Assembly: GCA_020891255.1 (NCBI GenBank)
Contig: BQFW01000007.1
Coordinates: forward strand, 2,294,001-2,358,000
Source of the DNA: Entomortierella parvispora E1425
Taxonomy: Eukaryota; Fungi; Mortierellomycota
Length of the DNA: 64,000 bases
Reading direction: 5' to 3'
Each line of letters opens with the position of its first letter. Position 1 is the first letter of the stretch. Below are positions 27,001 to 38,800 of the stretch, piece after piece. The notes below the pieces were generated by a model. The model saw only the letters and a program-made list of their open reading frames with translations, had not been told where the DNA came from and did no database searches. The position numbers and the translations under genes are program-made.

Positions 27001-29442
27001 TGCAAGTATCAACCAGCATCTGGCCGTGATCACCGAAGCTACGGGAACTGGTAGCGACCAGTACTTGAAAGAGCAAGTGGCCGAGGCGATCCGAACCGCG
27101 ACTGATGTCTATGAAATCGTGGATGATGTGAAAAAGATTAGCGAGAAGACCTTAGAGAACCAAGAGTTGCTGAAAACAAGGTTTGGAGAGTGGCAACGAC
27201 GACAGGAAGAAGGGTTCGAGAATTTGGGCAAGAGGGGCGAGGACAGCTGGAATGCCTGGAACGCCCTGCATGCACAAAAGATGAGCGGTTTGGACAGTTG
27301 GCATGCTCAACATGAGGAGCACATGCTGGCTCTCGAGAATTGGCATAGACGACATGATCTGAGTTTTCACGGCATCGAGGAATGGCGAAGTCTTCATGAT
27401 CAAGGACTCGCAGAGTGGCAACAAAGGCACGATGAGGCCATCAACTCTTGGCATCAAAAGCAAGATCAGGATTTGGATCGGCTGGAACAGAAGCACGACC
27501 AAGGACTAGAAAGATTGGAGCAGAGGCATTGCTACGGATGTGCTGTTTCCAATAATGGGCCTTTAGGTGAGGCCGCTTCTTATCAACCACCGCCGCCTCT
27601 TTCAGATGCCGTGGAGAATGTCTCCAACGCGGCGAGAGGAATCTCGGTCACCGATTCCACTCTTCGCTCAAGATCACTAGGCGAGACTGGAGATGGACCC
27701 CAGGTTTCTGTTCGGGGTCCGTCGCAAGAGCAGTCAGAAAATAACGGAGAGCGTTGCGACGATTGCTCCAATCCAGGCAGCATCAACCGCCAGTTGCACG
27801 AGTTCCTGCGAGATGCGGTTCCTGGGTACAACGGGGGCTGTCTCTTGTGTGGGAACGCGCCCGAAAACGACGCGTCTGATAGCAAGAGTCAGTGGACATC
27901 GGGGGTGACAGCGACCGAGCCTCGCACCGGATACGTGACACCTGGTGGGACAGGAATATCTTTGGATCCGAATGCTGTCAATAACTCTGGCCGTCTTCCA
28001 AGTCCTGCCGAGAATATCGCTGATACCTATCGAAGTCGAGAGGCAGCTTCGAAGGCGCCGACGACACGCGCACCGTCCCCTGGCGTCCACGGCCCAGGCA
28101 TTCCGCAGGCACTTTATGATATCCTTAGACCGTTTTTCCATCCAGAGGGCGCCGAGATGGTCGATTCTCAGATTTGGACTAATTTACAACTCGAAAACTC
28201 TCGGCTGAAAAGAGACTTTGAGGAGCTCAAAGGCGATCACGATTTGCTATCGACGCAGTCGAGTCAACTCATGGTTTCCTCCATGGAGAAGGATCGACTC
28301 CTTTCTGCCTCATTGGTAGAAAAAGCCCAGTTGGAAGCAGAGCGTGCCGAGAGCAAAGAAGAGCTGAAGCGAGCAAGCGATACGATCGTTCAACTCTACA
28401 GAGGTATGAATTTCATTTTTCATTTTTTTTTTGGACTGGAATCTATTTTTGCAGCATGCACTGTGATCATTCATTCTGAATCTTCATTTGTTTTTCAGAG
28501 GGCCTTGGACTCAAATGTGCCAGGGACGTTGTGGAAGGCCTCCCACCCAAGAGTGCTGGAGAGAGTGGAGACAGCGATGTGGAATCGGTCGGGTCTCTCC
28601 ACACCCCTCGGTACGGTCTCATGAACGAGGCTGCCGATCAACTTCGTCAGACCCTGGACGAGTACAGAGAGCAAGGTATGATCCTTCGTCAAGAAATTCT
28701 TCAGCTTGATCTCGAAAAGCAGCAGTACCTTCAAGAGCAAGCCACTCGTGCGCTGAGTTCAGCCTTCAATGGACGTGGCAGCAGTAGAGGAACCGGTTGT
28801 GCCAGCGCTGCCACATCGAGTGCCAACGACTTCACGGATACGGATGCGGCAGAGGACGAGAATGATGAAGTGATTGAGGTCTATCCTCGATCGAGACAAC
28901 GGCGTTCCCGACCGGTGTCAATGTTGCAGTTGAGGGACGGAGACCCCGCTGCCTCGGCCTCTTCACGCGGTGGTGGTGGTGGCGGCGCGTATGTTGCGTC
29001 GGCCAGTCGTCGCCAGTCTGTCACAGGTGCTTCTCAAGGCGGCCCAGCTGCTGGTGGCCGGCGCTCATCCGACACATTCAATCCTGCAACTTTTACAGCC
29101 AGTGCCAGCAACAGTTCTCGCCCATTGTCGGGATCTGGACCTTCCATGTCGCGAACGCAGCACAAGCGAGCGTCCACGATTCGAAACCGTTCCATGGGCC
29201 CTAGCCGATCATCTCGCCCAAACGTTCCTGAGCCAGCGATGGTGCCTCAGTTGGAGGCAGAGATCCACGTGTGCAGAGATGGGATGGTAGCAGAGACATT
29301 GCTCAAGAGCAAGAACATTTTGACCGAGGAGCAATTTGATAGCATCCAAAGATCAAAAGGTGAAAATGAGAGAGCTGCCGAAGACACTGCCATTTGGTCG
29401 CTCAAATGTGATTTTCAAGTCAGAATGGTCAACCATCCTTAA
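24052..29442 (+). CDS. large uncharacterised coiled-coil protein (about 4 exons)
   Basis: Long open frames joined by introns at ~24414-24534, 25437-25514 and 28404-28498. Contains coiled-coil segments, W/H 11-14-residue repeats and three CxxC motifs. No family recognised. Confidence 0.7.
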
Positions 29443-29730
29443 GATACCCATCTCCTTGAGAAGTAAATCAACCTCCAGAGTGAGAAAGTTGGAATAGATT
29501 CGACAACAAAAACAAACGATCGAGTCCATGGTTGGTGGCAACAATAAACAACATGTCAAGAAAATGCGATTGTTTTATTAGTTGCTTGCTGGATGGGTGA
29601 GTTTGCTAGCAAGTAAGCAGGATATATGTACATTGGTCCACCGATCAAAGGGACCGACGCCGCCTCCTTCAACTCCGAGTCAAGAAGCACGCGGTGTCCA
29701 CAAAAAAAAATTGTTTGAAGTCCTCGACTC

Positions 29731-32700
29731 CTACTCAATAAAAACCATGCACCCTTCGCCGTATTCCTCGAATTCTTCAAGGAGACTGATGCTGCTCCTC
29801 ATCTTCTTTTGAGCGGCAGCCTCAGGAAGCCTATGGCCGCGGTAGTGGTGGAAGCAGCGTTCCTGTTCCTGTTCAGCACGTGTCATGACTGGGAAGTGAT
29901 TGCGATACATCTGTCGATGACTTGGCGATCGAGAGGGTGATGGCGATGTGGACTCCATGTAAGCCGAACGGGCTGGCGACCTAGAGAGGACACTCTCATG
30001 GCCAACCGGAGATGTGGGAGACGTTTGGCGACTGGTAGGACCACTTGCAGCTGCATCCGCCGTCTGTGCAAAGCCGAAATCCGCTCCTGGACTTGCGAAC
30101 TGTCGAGCGTGGGAGTTGAATACAAATGGTTGAGGCAGGGTGACGGGTGTTCCTTGATGTGCGCTCATCCGGGCTACCTTCTGAGTGGAGGGTGTATCGG
30201 GATATCCAAGTTGACTATCAAAGCCATAGTCGGCAATCGAGTTCATGTAGGGTCGACCAAAATCGCGACCACTAATCGAATCCAGCGGAAGAGTGTCGCT
30301 TGTAGTGTCGACAGCAGTAGCTCCAAACTGGTGCGATAGTGGCGAGGTTTCAGGTAGCAGTTGAATGGGCGAGGACGCTGGCATGGGTGTATGGGACTCG
30401 AATGGATTCCGAAGGGTTGACCAAGCAGCTGGGCGAGTTGACGGAGCTGGGGTGTGTGACAGCAGACGTGAGCGCAGGTTGTCGTCATATACAACTGTCT
30501 TCTGCTTCAGAGTTTGAGTCTTGGTCTGTAAGCTGGTCCCGTTCCTCTGGGCTTCTCTCTCCTCTGACAATGCAATATCCAGTTTTCTCTTCAAGCTCAT
30601 CGCTGGTCGGGAAAGCTCTCCATCTCCTTGGCGAGCACTAGACAGATTCATTAGACCACTTCGTAGGAGGGTGCCTTGCGATCTTGCAAATAAGCCGCGT
30701 CCTGCACTAGGCGATTTGACAAGCGCCACTGCATCATCGGATTCTTCTTTGTCAGAGTCACTAGACCCCAGGGACTCATTCTCATGAGCGTAATTTCTTT
30801 CTCGCTCCGATACTGCGGGTACGGGTTCAGGTCCATCTGTGAGAGTACTCATGCTCATCGAAAGGTGAATTTGCACGACAGGTTCTGTTGCTTGTGAGTA
30901 GGCGGCTGATCCGTCTAGAAATCGATCGTCCGGCTGCGTGGCGTCCGTGTCCGCTTGACTTGTAAGATTGTCCGACATGGGCAAACGAAGTTGATTGCTA
31001 AATACTCTCTTTGCAAAGAATCCTGGCACTCTTGCGGGTTCCGAGGCATCCTCGAGGAAAGGATTAACGAGCAAACGGTCCTGGCTCTCCAAGCAAGTCA
31101 TGGAAGGAACGGAAGCAGCCATTGTTGCCATGTCTTTCAGGTCGTCAGCGTCGTCAGCGTCGAGTAAATCGTTTGCGTCGTTTGCGTCGTTTGCGTTGTT
31201 TGCGTTGTTTACAGTGTCTGCATCATTTGTGGTCTCTACATCATGTGCGGCACCTGCATCATTTGCGGCGCTTGTTTCGTTTGTGTGGATTGTCACGTTA
31301 TTGTCGGAGGTGAGGGGAACTTCCTGGGCAACGCCAGACTCTAACGGCTCGTTACGACCTGCAATGTCCGCGTCGTCGCCCTCTGGTGGGGAGCGCGATT
31401 CAGGAACAGCCTCCTTGATTGTCAGACTCGGCTCTTGCATACCGGTAGTCTCCTTAGATGACGGCGCAAGTAGATTCATGCAAGGGTCATTGTTGCCAAG
31501 TTCTACAGCCTCAGCACAATCTCCCTTGATAGCAGTGGATGCAGCAGGGGATATAGCAGCATCGCTGTTGGTAGACTTTTCTAGAGAGGGAACCACAGCA
31601 GGCTGGTCCTTGCTCAAGTCAAGGTCATCCAACTTTGTAGAGGCCGTGACCGTCTTGGGCTGTCGTTTCAAGCGTAACAAAAACTTGTCTAGATGCACAA
31701 ACTTCGAAGCATCGTGGGCGTATATCCGATGGGCTTGAGATGCGATGTGCTAAACAAAGAATTTTTGACAATTAGAGCGAGTTTCGTGTGCTGGTTGAGT
31801 GCTCTACGCAGAAGAAATAACATACCCTATTCATATCCTCAAAAAAGCCTCGGCAGTTCTCACAGTAGCCCTTCTTCCGGTGTTCTGGCGGAACTGCAGG
31901 AGCCAGTGCCTTCAATTGCTCCTGCCTTGCAGGGTCTGGTACAGGTGGTAGTCCAAGTGGAATAGGCACAGTAGCATCGGCGGTGGCGATAACAGTTTTG
32001 GTCTGAGGGACAGCTTGTGGTTGTTGCTCTGTCTTTTGCAATCTAAATTTTGAAGCCCCAGCCTCTAAAAGAACGCCTGCGCTGCCTGGACGAACAATCT
32101 CGGCTGGTCGGGCAAACTCCGCCTTCTTGGAATCTTGGGTTGGCACAGTTGCCACCATGGCCGCAGACACTATGGCGTCCGCCTTGGGTGCAGGCAAAGT
32201 TCTTTTTCCAAGCTGCCGCAAAACCTCATCATGTGCGGCCTCCGGGCCCTGAGCGTGGTGTGCCTTTCCCATGGCAGAGGTAGTAGACACAACATGGGAA
32301 GTAACAGAGTTTACTATCCCAGAAGCGAGGGCAGATGGCGATGGCTGAACATCCTGGGCTTCTGGCACACGCGGAGCCTCACCCGCGGCTGCAGCTGGTT
32401 CTATCCCTTGCCTAGCAGGGACTGCCTGTGCTTCTTGCTTTGGGACTCGGGGCTCGATATGAATGAATGGGCTGCGCTCTGTCATATGAAGTTGGATTTT
32501 TGGCCAGGGGCATTTTACACTCGACGAGGTCTTTTTGGAGTCGTACTCGTGTGCCAGGATGGTTCTGTGACGACCAGTGGTATCCTCGATAAGAACATAT
32601 GGCCCTCTGAAAATGTGGTAGTCTGACCTGACAGAGTCGTCCATCTGTGTTGTAGTGAGACCATAGGTTTTCTCGTGGAGGAGAAGATCCTGCAGCTTAC

Positions 32701-33581
32701 GGCTCTCGGCGTGTGCCACTGACTTTCCCATGAGAGGCTCCATTAGGTGTTTCATCCTGTCCATGTGCCAGATTTTGATATTAAGTCCAATGGCTTTGAC
32801 AATAATACTGGGTTCTTGAGTCGGGGCAGGAGGTCCAGCAGGTTTGATGGACGGCTTAAGTACGGGGATTGAGGCTTGCTGCTGTGCTGCATTCTGACTC
32901 TCCTCTTGAGCCTGGAGCTTGATGCGGGCGTGGTCTTCTTTCCGGGGTATAGCTCTCGTGGTAATGAGATGCGTGACATCGTTTGAAAAGAACATTGCAA
33001 CAGACTACAGATAACGACAAACAGCGCAATTGTTAGCATAACTCATACACTTGGAAGGGAGGAAGGGGGAATGACAAAGTGGCTCTTACAGAGTTGTGGG
33101 CTGCCAGAACTTTGGAGATCTTTGCAACAACAGGAGGCTCCACGTTGTCGAAATAGAAGCGGCAGCTTGGCAGCATCTGGAGCCATCGCCGAGTGACTTC
33201 TGCCGGATTGTTGACCGTGCCTATCTGCTGAGGGGGTACCCCAGCAGACGGGTTCTTGTCCCGGTCTCCTGTCCGGAGAGCGCCCTCCAGTTTTTTAGCC
33301 TCCGGGTACGTGCCTTGCGGCATCCGAACTTTTGCACCCAAGGGTTGCTGAGCCTTTGGGTTGTAGATATTTAGGCCAGAAATCGTCCGCTGTTGGAGGG
33401 CAAGCCGACTGCGTTGGATCTCCTTCTCATCAATGATAATGGTCGGGGAGACCTTCTGCGCAGGTTTCTGTTGAAGTGCATTGCCTTGAGAGGTGAGGCC
33501 AGGCCGCATGGCATTGAGATTATTGCCCACATCCTGGAAAGGGGTCCGCAGGGGCTGCGGGTTCATGCCGATCTCGGCCAT
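29731..33581 (-). CDS. DBF4: Dbf4/Dfp1(Him1), regulatory subunit of the Cdc7 kinase
   Basis: Motif N/BRCT-like RFYFD...FFSNDVTHLITTR, motif M DLLLHEKTYG...FRGPYVLIEDTTGRHRTILAHEY, motif C zinc finger KKGYCENC...HIASQAH, then a long acidic/Ser-rich tail. Confidence 0.9.
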
Positions 33582-33832
33582 TTGTTTCGTGATGTATGTG
33601 GCCCTCCTTTCGTCTCTGGATCGAAATGATCAAAGAGAAGGGGCGAGGGAATGGATGTAGGAAGGAAGAAGGACTGTCGGCACGAATCCCCAACTCAATG
33701 GTTGCCTGTTTACCAGCAAAGGAAACGCGATGACGTGCGAGCGCGGGGGCGGGAGCTATAGTAGATGGCAATGAATGATGTGACGGTAGACTGGCACCTG
33801 GTGTCTAGTCAAGATGATGCTGAAGTATGGGA

Positions 33833-34003
33833 CAGAGATGAGTGGGAGTTGAAGCAGATTGAAGCAAAGGGGCAGGAGAATGGATGCCAATGAACCAATG
33901 AATTTAATTCATGGTGGTGATTTTTTGCATGATTGTTTTCTGAGGGAGACGCGACAACACGTGACCATCAGGTTGCGCCACCAATTTTGTATTTTTGACA
34001 TTG
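33833..34003 (+). repeat. 171-bp direct repeat, copy 1
   Basis: CAGAGATGAGTGGGAGTTG...TTTTTGACATTG, identical by eye to 34481-34651. Confidence 0.95.
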
Positions 34004-34248
34004 AGACGCTTCCTGGACATTGACGGTCCATAAAGTCACGTGACCAAGTCGGCCAATCGTCGTCGCGCCTGCAGTCCATTATTGGCCCGATGAACCAGCC
34101 CATGAAATTGAACAAGGGCCAAAAAACAGATATTTTCTTTTTGTCCACGGGAATAAAGGGGGGTTGTCAGGCGCCTGGGCCCGTTCATGCATGCGGCACA
34201 TTTGCTACATCATTCTTTTACATTCTTTCATTGGCGCACCTTCTCCAA

Positions 34249-34500
34249 ATGCCCAAGCATCAATTGTCTCAACAGGACCAGGAACCGCCCCAGGAACCCA
34301 AGCAGCAACAACAGCAACAACAGCGGACGCGAAAACGACAGAAACGAGAGCCTCCGACAACTGGCCAGCAACCATGCTCCCAGCAAGTCGATTCATCTCA
34401 ACGTGAATCTAATGTAATGCTCGACTCGACTACGTCAGCTCTACGCATGCTGCGGAATGAACAGTGCCATCTGTGTGCCTCAGAGATGAGTGGGAGTTGA
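34249..34500 (+). pseudogene. possible truncated gene 5' end (83 codons; Q-rich, basic RTRKRQKR cluster)
   Basis: ATG follows a pyrimidine-rich leader and the sequence has a low-complexity, protein-like composition. The frame runs into repeat copy 2 and stops shortly after the junction. Confidence 0.35.
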
Positions 34501-34651
34501 AGCAGATTGAAGCAAAGGGGCAGGAGAATGGATGCCAATGAACCAATGAATTTAATTCATGGTGGTGATTTTTTGCATGATTGTTTTCTGAGGGAGACGC
34601 GACAACACGTGACCATCAGGTTGCGCCACCAATTTTGTATTTTTGACATTG
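34481..34651 (+). repeat. 171-bp direct repeat, copy 2
   Basis: Same sequence as 33833-34003, 648 bp downstream. Confidence 0.95.
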
Positions 34652-34793
34652 TGTTTATAGTATACATGTAAATACGCATCGATTATCTAAACCGCGGTGC
34701 TGGTCGATCCCTAGAAAAGCAAGTAGCAGAGACACAATGGATTAGTATAAGAAAGGGAACGGGTGCCCAGGGGGTAACAAAAAGTCCGTGCAC

Positions 34794-35536
34794 CTACATT
34801 TCAATCTCGTCGTCGTCATCCTCAGGAAGGGATCGTCTGACAGATGTCCTGTGTTCGACTGGCTGTGAACCCACAGATTGCATTGCAGTGTAGATGGGAC
34901 CGTACTCCTGGAGATTTGAAAGGTAAAAATGAGGATGCTTCGTGAGTCAAAATTCAGGGAGAATCGTGGGATTCCGGCGATATGAGTGAGAATACGTACC
35001 TCCAGTTGATGCCTGAAGCCAGGGTTGGGATTCATGCAGAATCTTTTGTTTTGCACATAGCGGTACACAGTGTCGTACTCCATGCCAGTTGCTTCCATCA
35101 AGTAGGCTACCACAAAGGCAGGTGACCTGGAAATGCCACTCATACAGTTGACCAGGACCTTTCCGTTTTCGCTCAAGATGGCTTGGTCGATAAACCTCTT
35201 GACGGCAGGGAAGGCAGTGATGAGATTTTGTGTCGCTGCATCCGAGATTTCCAACTGAAGATATTTGAAATGTTCTTGATGATGCAACTTCAAGATCTTT
35301 GACTCGGACATGTCCCAAAGCGAAACAATGTGTGTGATTCCTGCTTTTTGCAATTCCTGAAGATTCCGCGTGGCAGAGTATGGTCCGAGGAAGATGGACG
35401 GCAGGATTTCTTGCATCTCTCGTCTTTGTTCGTAGCGCCACTCGAGCACGGCACCATTTTGGCCCATGAGTTGGCGATATACGTTGAGTTTGGCTTCTAC
35501 GTCTGTGTGCGGATGGGCCATGGCTGCGGTAGTCAT
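34794..35536 (-). CDS. dual-specificity phosphatase, STYX-like (2 exons)
   Basis: WRYEQRREMQEILPSIFLGPY, GITHIV, VLVNCMSGISRSPAFVVAYLM, VQNKRFCMNPNPGFRHQLE, then a GTACGT..CTCCAG intron, then EYGPIY. TAG stop at 34794-34796. Confidence 0.9.
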
Positions 35537-35842
35537 AGATGGGTTAGAAGGAGTGGATCAACCGGCTGGTGTGGTGCGTGTGATGTGAAAAGGGTGCTAG
35601 AGAAGAGGATGCAGGAGAAAGAAAGAGAAAGAAAGTGGGAGGTGGGGGGGAAAAAGGACGGACGAGAGGCGAGCGAAACAAAAAGGTGGCAAAGGGACCA
35701 CACCCACTGTTCCTTTGACGTCCTGGGACAGCGCCACCATCCATCGGGCGAAAGTGCCGAATAAAACTGAATAAAACTTAGTTTACGGTGTCTTCAGTCA
35801 CAAAAAAACAAGAGTAAACAAATTAAGTACAGATTAGTCTGA

Positions 35843-38800
35843 TTAGACCTCTGACCAAATAATTGTCGGTGTAATTTGCAAGATACTCACGTAAGGTTGC
35901 GGCAAGCGCAATTCGTCCTTGCATCCGGTTGGATGAATTTGGAAGGTAGTTTCTTCGGTCTTTGAGCCGACGTTGGGGAGTGGCTGCGACCAAGGTCGCG
36001 ATGTTCTTGCAAAAGGACGAAGGGTTGTTCTGTCTGATGATGTGAGCTGAGAGTACCCTGATACTGCGATGTTTAAGGCGGCGTTGGCGTCTCGCCCCCG
36101 AATGGTATACCCACATTTGTGGGAAATACATTCCGGGTTGGTGCACTCTACCGCCCCATTGATCCTCACAAGCTTCAAGGTACCCTTCTTCCGACGGCGA
36201 CCTCGGGCAAGTCGTATGAACTGGAAACAAAACGGACAACGCTTGGATGTATTGTTCTCGTTTGTTTTACAAACTGCCCCATGTTGCATGTGACGGTGGG
36301 GGATCTTGTTGCCACCCATTTTTACGTTCCCCTTGAGCCGAGAACCTACACCCATCCCAGCTGCCCCATGGAAATGTAGCGGTATGACGCGACGTAGAGT
36401 CTTTGAGCAGTTCGTTACGTGTTTAAGCACCAGGCGCTCCTTTCCCGTGGGGTCCTTTATGAGTTCCGGCCTGTGATGAGTTTTACAGGAGGGGCAAAAG
36501 CCGTTGGATTGGATGGGCACCTTTTCAGGAATTGGCTCTTCGACTATTGCATTCATGACGGGAATAAAGATCTGGTTAGATAATGGAAGCGTGAAGCTAT
36601 GAACTGCGCCACATTTTTGAATGGTATTGTTTTACCTTGACCAACTCTTTTGAACTCGCGGCGCTCCCTGGATGCAAAGTAGTCGTATGTCCTTCGGAGA
36701 CGTAGCTCAACATTATGACTTGTATTTTTTCTTGCATTTGAAAGCTCAAAGGCACGAACATTGTCCCAGGACTTTCTCCGAACGCCCGCAGCAATCTTGA
36801 GGTCATCCGTGGTGTTTGCTCTGTGAGCAGACTGTTCGCCAAGCTCATCATATATGGCCGCAATATCTTTGCTTCCTTTGACGGCTGTCTTTCTTTGTTT
36901 TGCTTGTCGCGTGAGCCCCGATATGTGCCGGATGTTTCCAGCGGTGGTCTTTTGGGTTTTGGGTATTTTGATTTGCGCAAGAGCCTCCTCCCTGCTGCCA
37001 GCCAGTGCTTTGTCGAACTCAGCCTGATCTGCAGTTGCCTCATCCGAGTCCAGTAATTTTCCAGATAATAAGTGGTATCGATTCTGGAGTTTGATAAGGG
37101 TCCTCTCGGGGACGATAACGGTTTCAAAAAGAACTTTGGCGCCTGGGTCAGTCCCCCCCGGGACCAGTGTAATCTTGCGGCTATTTGTTGCGTTGTTATC
37201 CTCAATTTCTCTCTTGAGTTGACGTATGCATGTTGCCTCGACATAATCCATCGTGCCAGGGCGATTAACAGTCGGAGAGGACGTGTATGAGGATTCTGCT
37301 GAAGGACCCTTGGTGATACCCGTGTCGGATTTGGTGCTTGTGGTAGATCTAGTAGCAGCCTTCTTATCCGACCTTTGTTTCCCCTTTGCACGTGAGGATG
37401 AAGATGTTGGTGCGCCTTTCCTGTCTTTTGAAAACTTATTGAGGGCGTACTTTCCTCCTTTAGGTCCTTGACTTCGGTGTTGAGCGGGAATATTGATGCT
37501 CGTGTTTGTTGGACAAGTTGTCGCTGATCGTCAAAATCCTTGTACAAATTTTGGAGCGAATCCGCAGCCGTTAACTTTGAAGTGCTACCATCCGTGCCCA
37601 TTCCATCCAAGGGGTCGTCGACAAAAGTCGAGCCATTGTGTGCATCTTCAGAGACAGCAGTGTTCTTTAGAGAAGCAAGTGTGTCCCGAAGTTTGTTGGC
37701 AAGGAGTTGCTGTTGGCGCGCTTGCTTCGCCACTAAACGGTTAAGCTGTCGCAGTTAGCTTGACTTTTCCTTCAGAGTCGCATCTACCTTCTGAGCGTTC
37801 GCGCTCGCCGCCTCCGCTGTTATTCCAGACTCGATGAGCTCTTGCTGACGGGTGGGGTGCTTGGTGGTCGCTGACGGCTGGCGATGTTTTTTCTTCTTCT
37901 CGGACCATAGGTCCTGCACCGAATCATCTTTCGTCTTTGAGCCCACGATCTGAATAGTCCGCGAATCCACGTACAGAAGACTAAAATCCACAAACATTGC
38001 AAGGGTTTGTCAGCCAAGAATTCATATCGCAATGTTGCTCAAAATAAACAACTTTTTCTTACCGGTCTTCAAATTGAAGATGATGTTTCTTGCAAATATT
38101 GTGCAGAATCTCCAGATCAAAAAAGGCCCCTATGACCACGCTTTTGTTTTTGTTCGCGACCTTTACGAGAGACACCACCTTGCCAGCATCTCTGTCTCGA
38201 ACATCAAAGTGACCTGGCTCTTGGGCGCAAAGCGTCTCGCAAATCCCGATTGGGGTTAATGGGAGAGGATGGTCCTTCCCGCAGGACGATACAGGCGACA
38301 GACGACGAGTGAAATCGTGGTAGCCAAGAGCCGTCAGGATATTGTTAGCGAGATGGCAAAATGGCCCCAGTATGAAAAGATGCTCCTGGATTTTGCCTTC
38401 CTCGTCCTTTTTAGGAGTGTACGGCCGGAGAAGATTGAGGATGTTGACGGCCACATCGATCTCACTATCGCTATATGACTCTGGTTCGAACAAATGGTCC
38501 CGTACCATTTGGTGCGTTGCCTCTTGATAATCGCCACTTTCGTCCAACATGAGACACGTCACTGCCTCCAAACCACGGAGGTGCTTAGAGGATGGCTCGG
38601 CAGGAGATTCGGGAGGAGTGTTGGATGGTGGATCGGCAACTAAAGTGTTCATATAATATAATCATTAGAGAAACATGTGGGGACCATGACCATCCCATTG
38701 AAAAGAATAACTATTAATACCATACCTTGTTCGAGTATCGGTTCGTCTCCTGTCTGTTCTAACAGGGTGCTTTGTACTTGGGTGACGCCCATGTTTTCAC

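Noticed and set aside
31140-31290. 9-nt repeats (DAN/NAN/DAD) in DBF4, and AYNT/AYNS repeats in the bHLH gene (19318-19368)
   Set aside because: Ordinary slippage-derived low-complexity coding repeats; not CRISPR-like (no unique spacers).
30995-31738. Long antisense ORFs (also 19502-20044, 18870-19316, 19854-20543 and others)
   Set aside because: Shadows of low-complexity coding sequence on the opposite strand.
33833-34651. LTR retrotransposon or solo-LTR interpretation of the 171-bp repeats
   Set aside because: No TG..CA termini, PBS, PPT, TSD or gag/pol remnants.
37445-37462. Programmed -1 ribosomal frameshift in the Fanzor gene
   Set aside because: No X XXY YYZ slippery heptamer; a 1-nt deletion or sequencing error is simpler.
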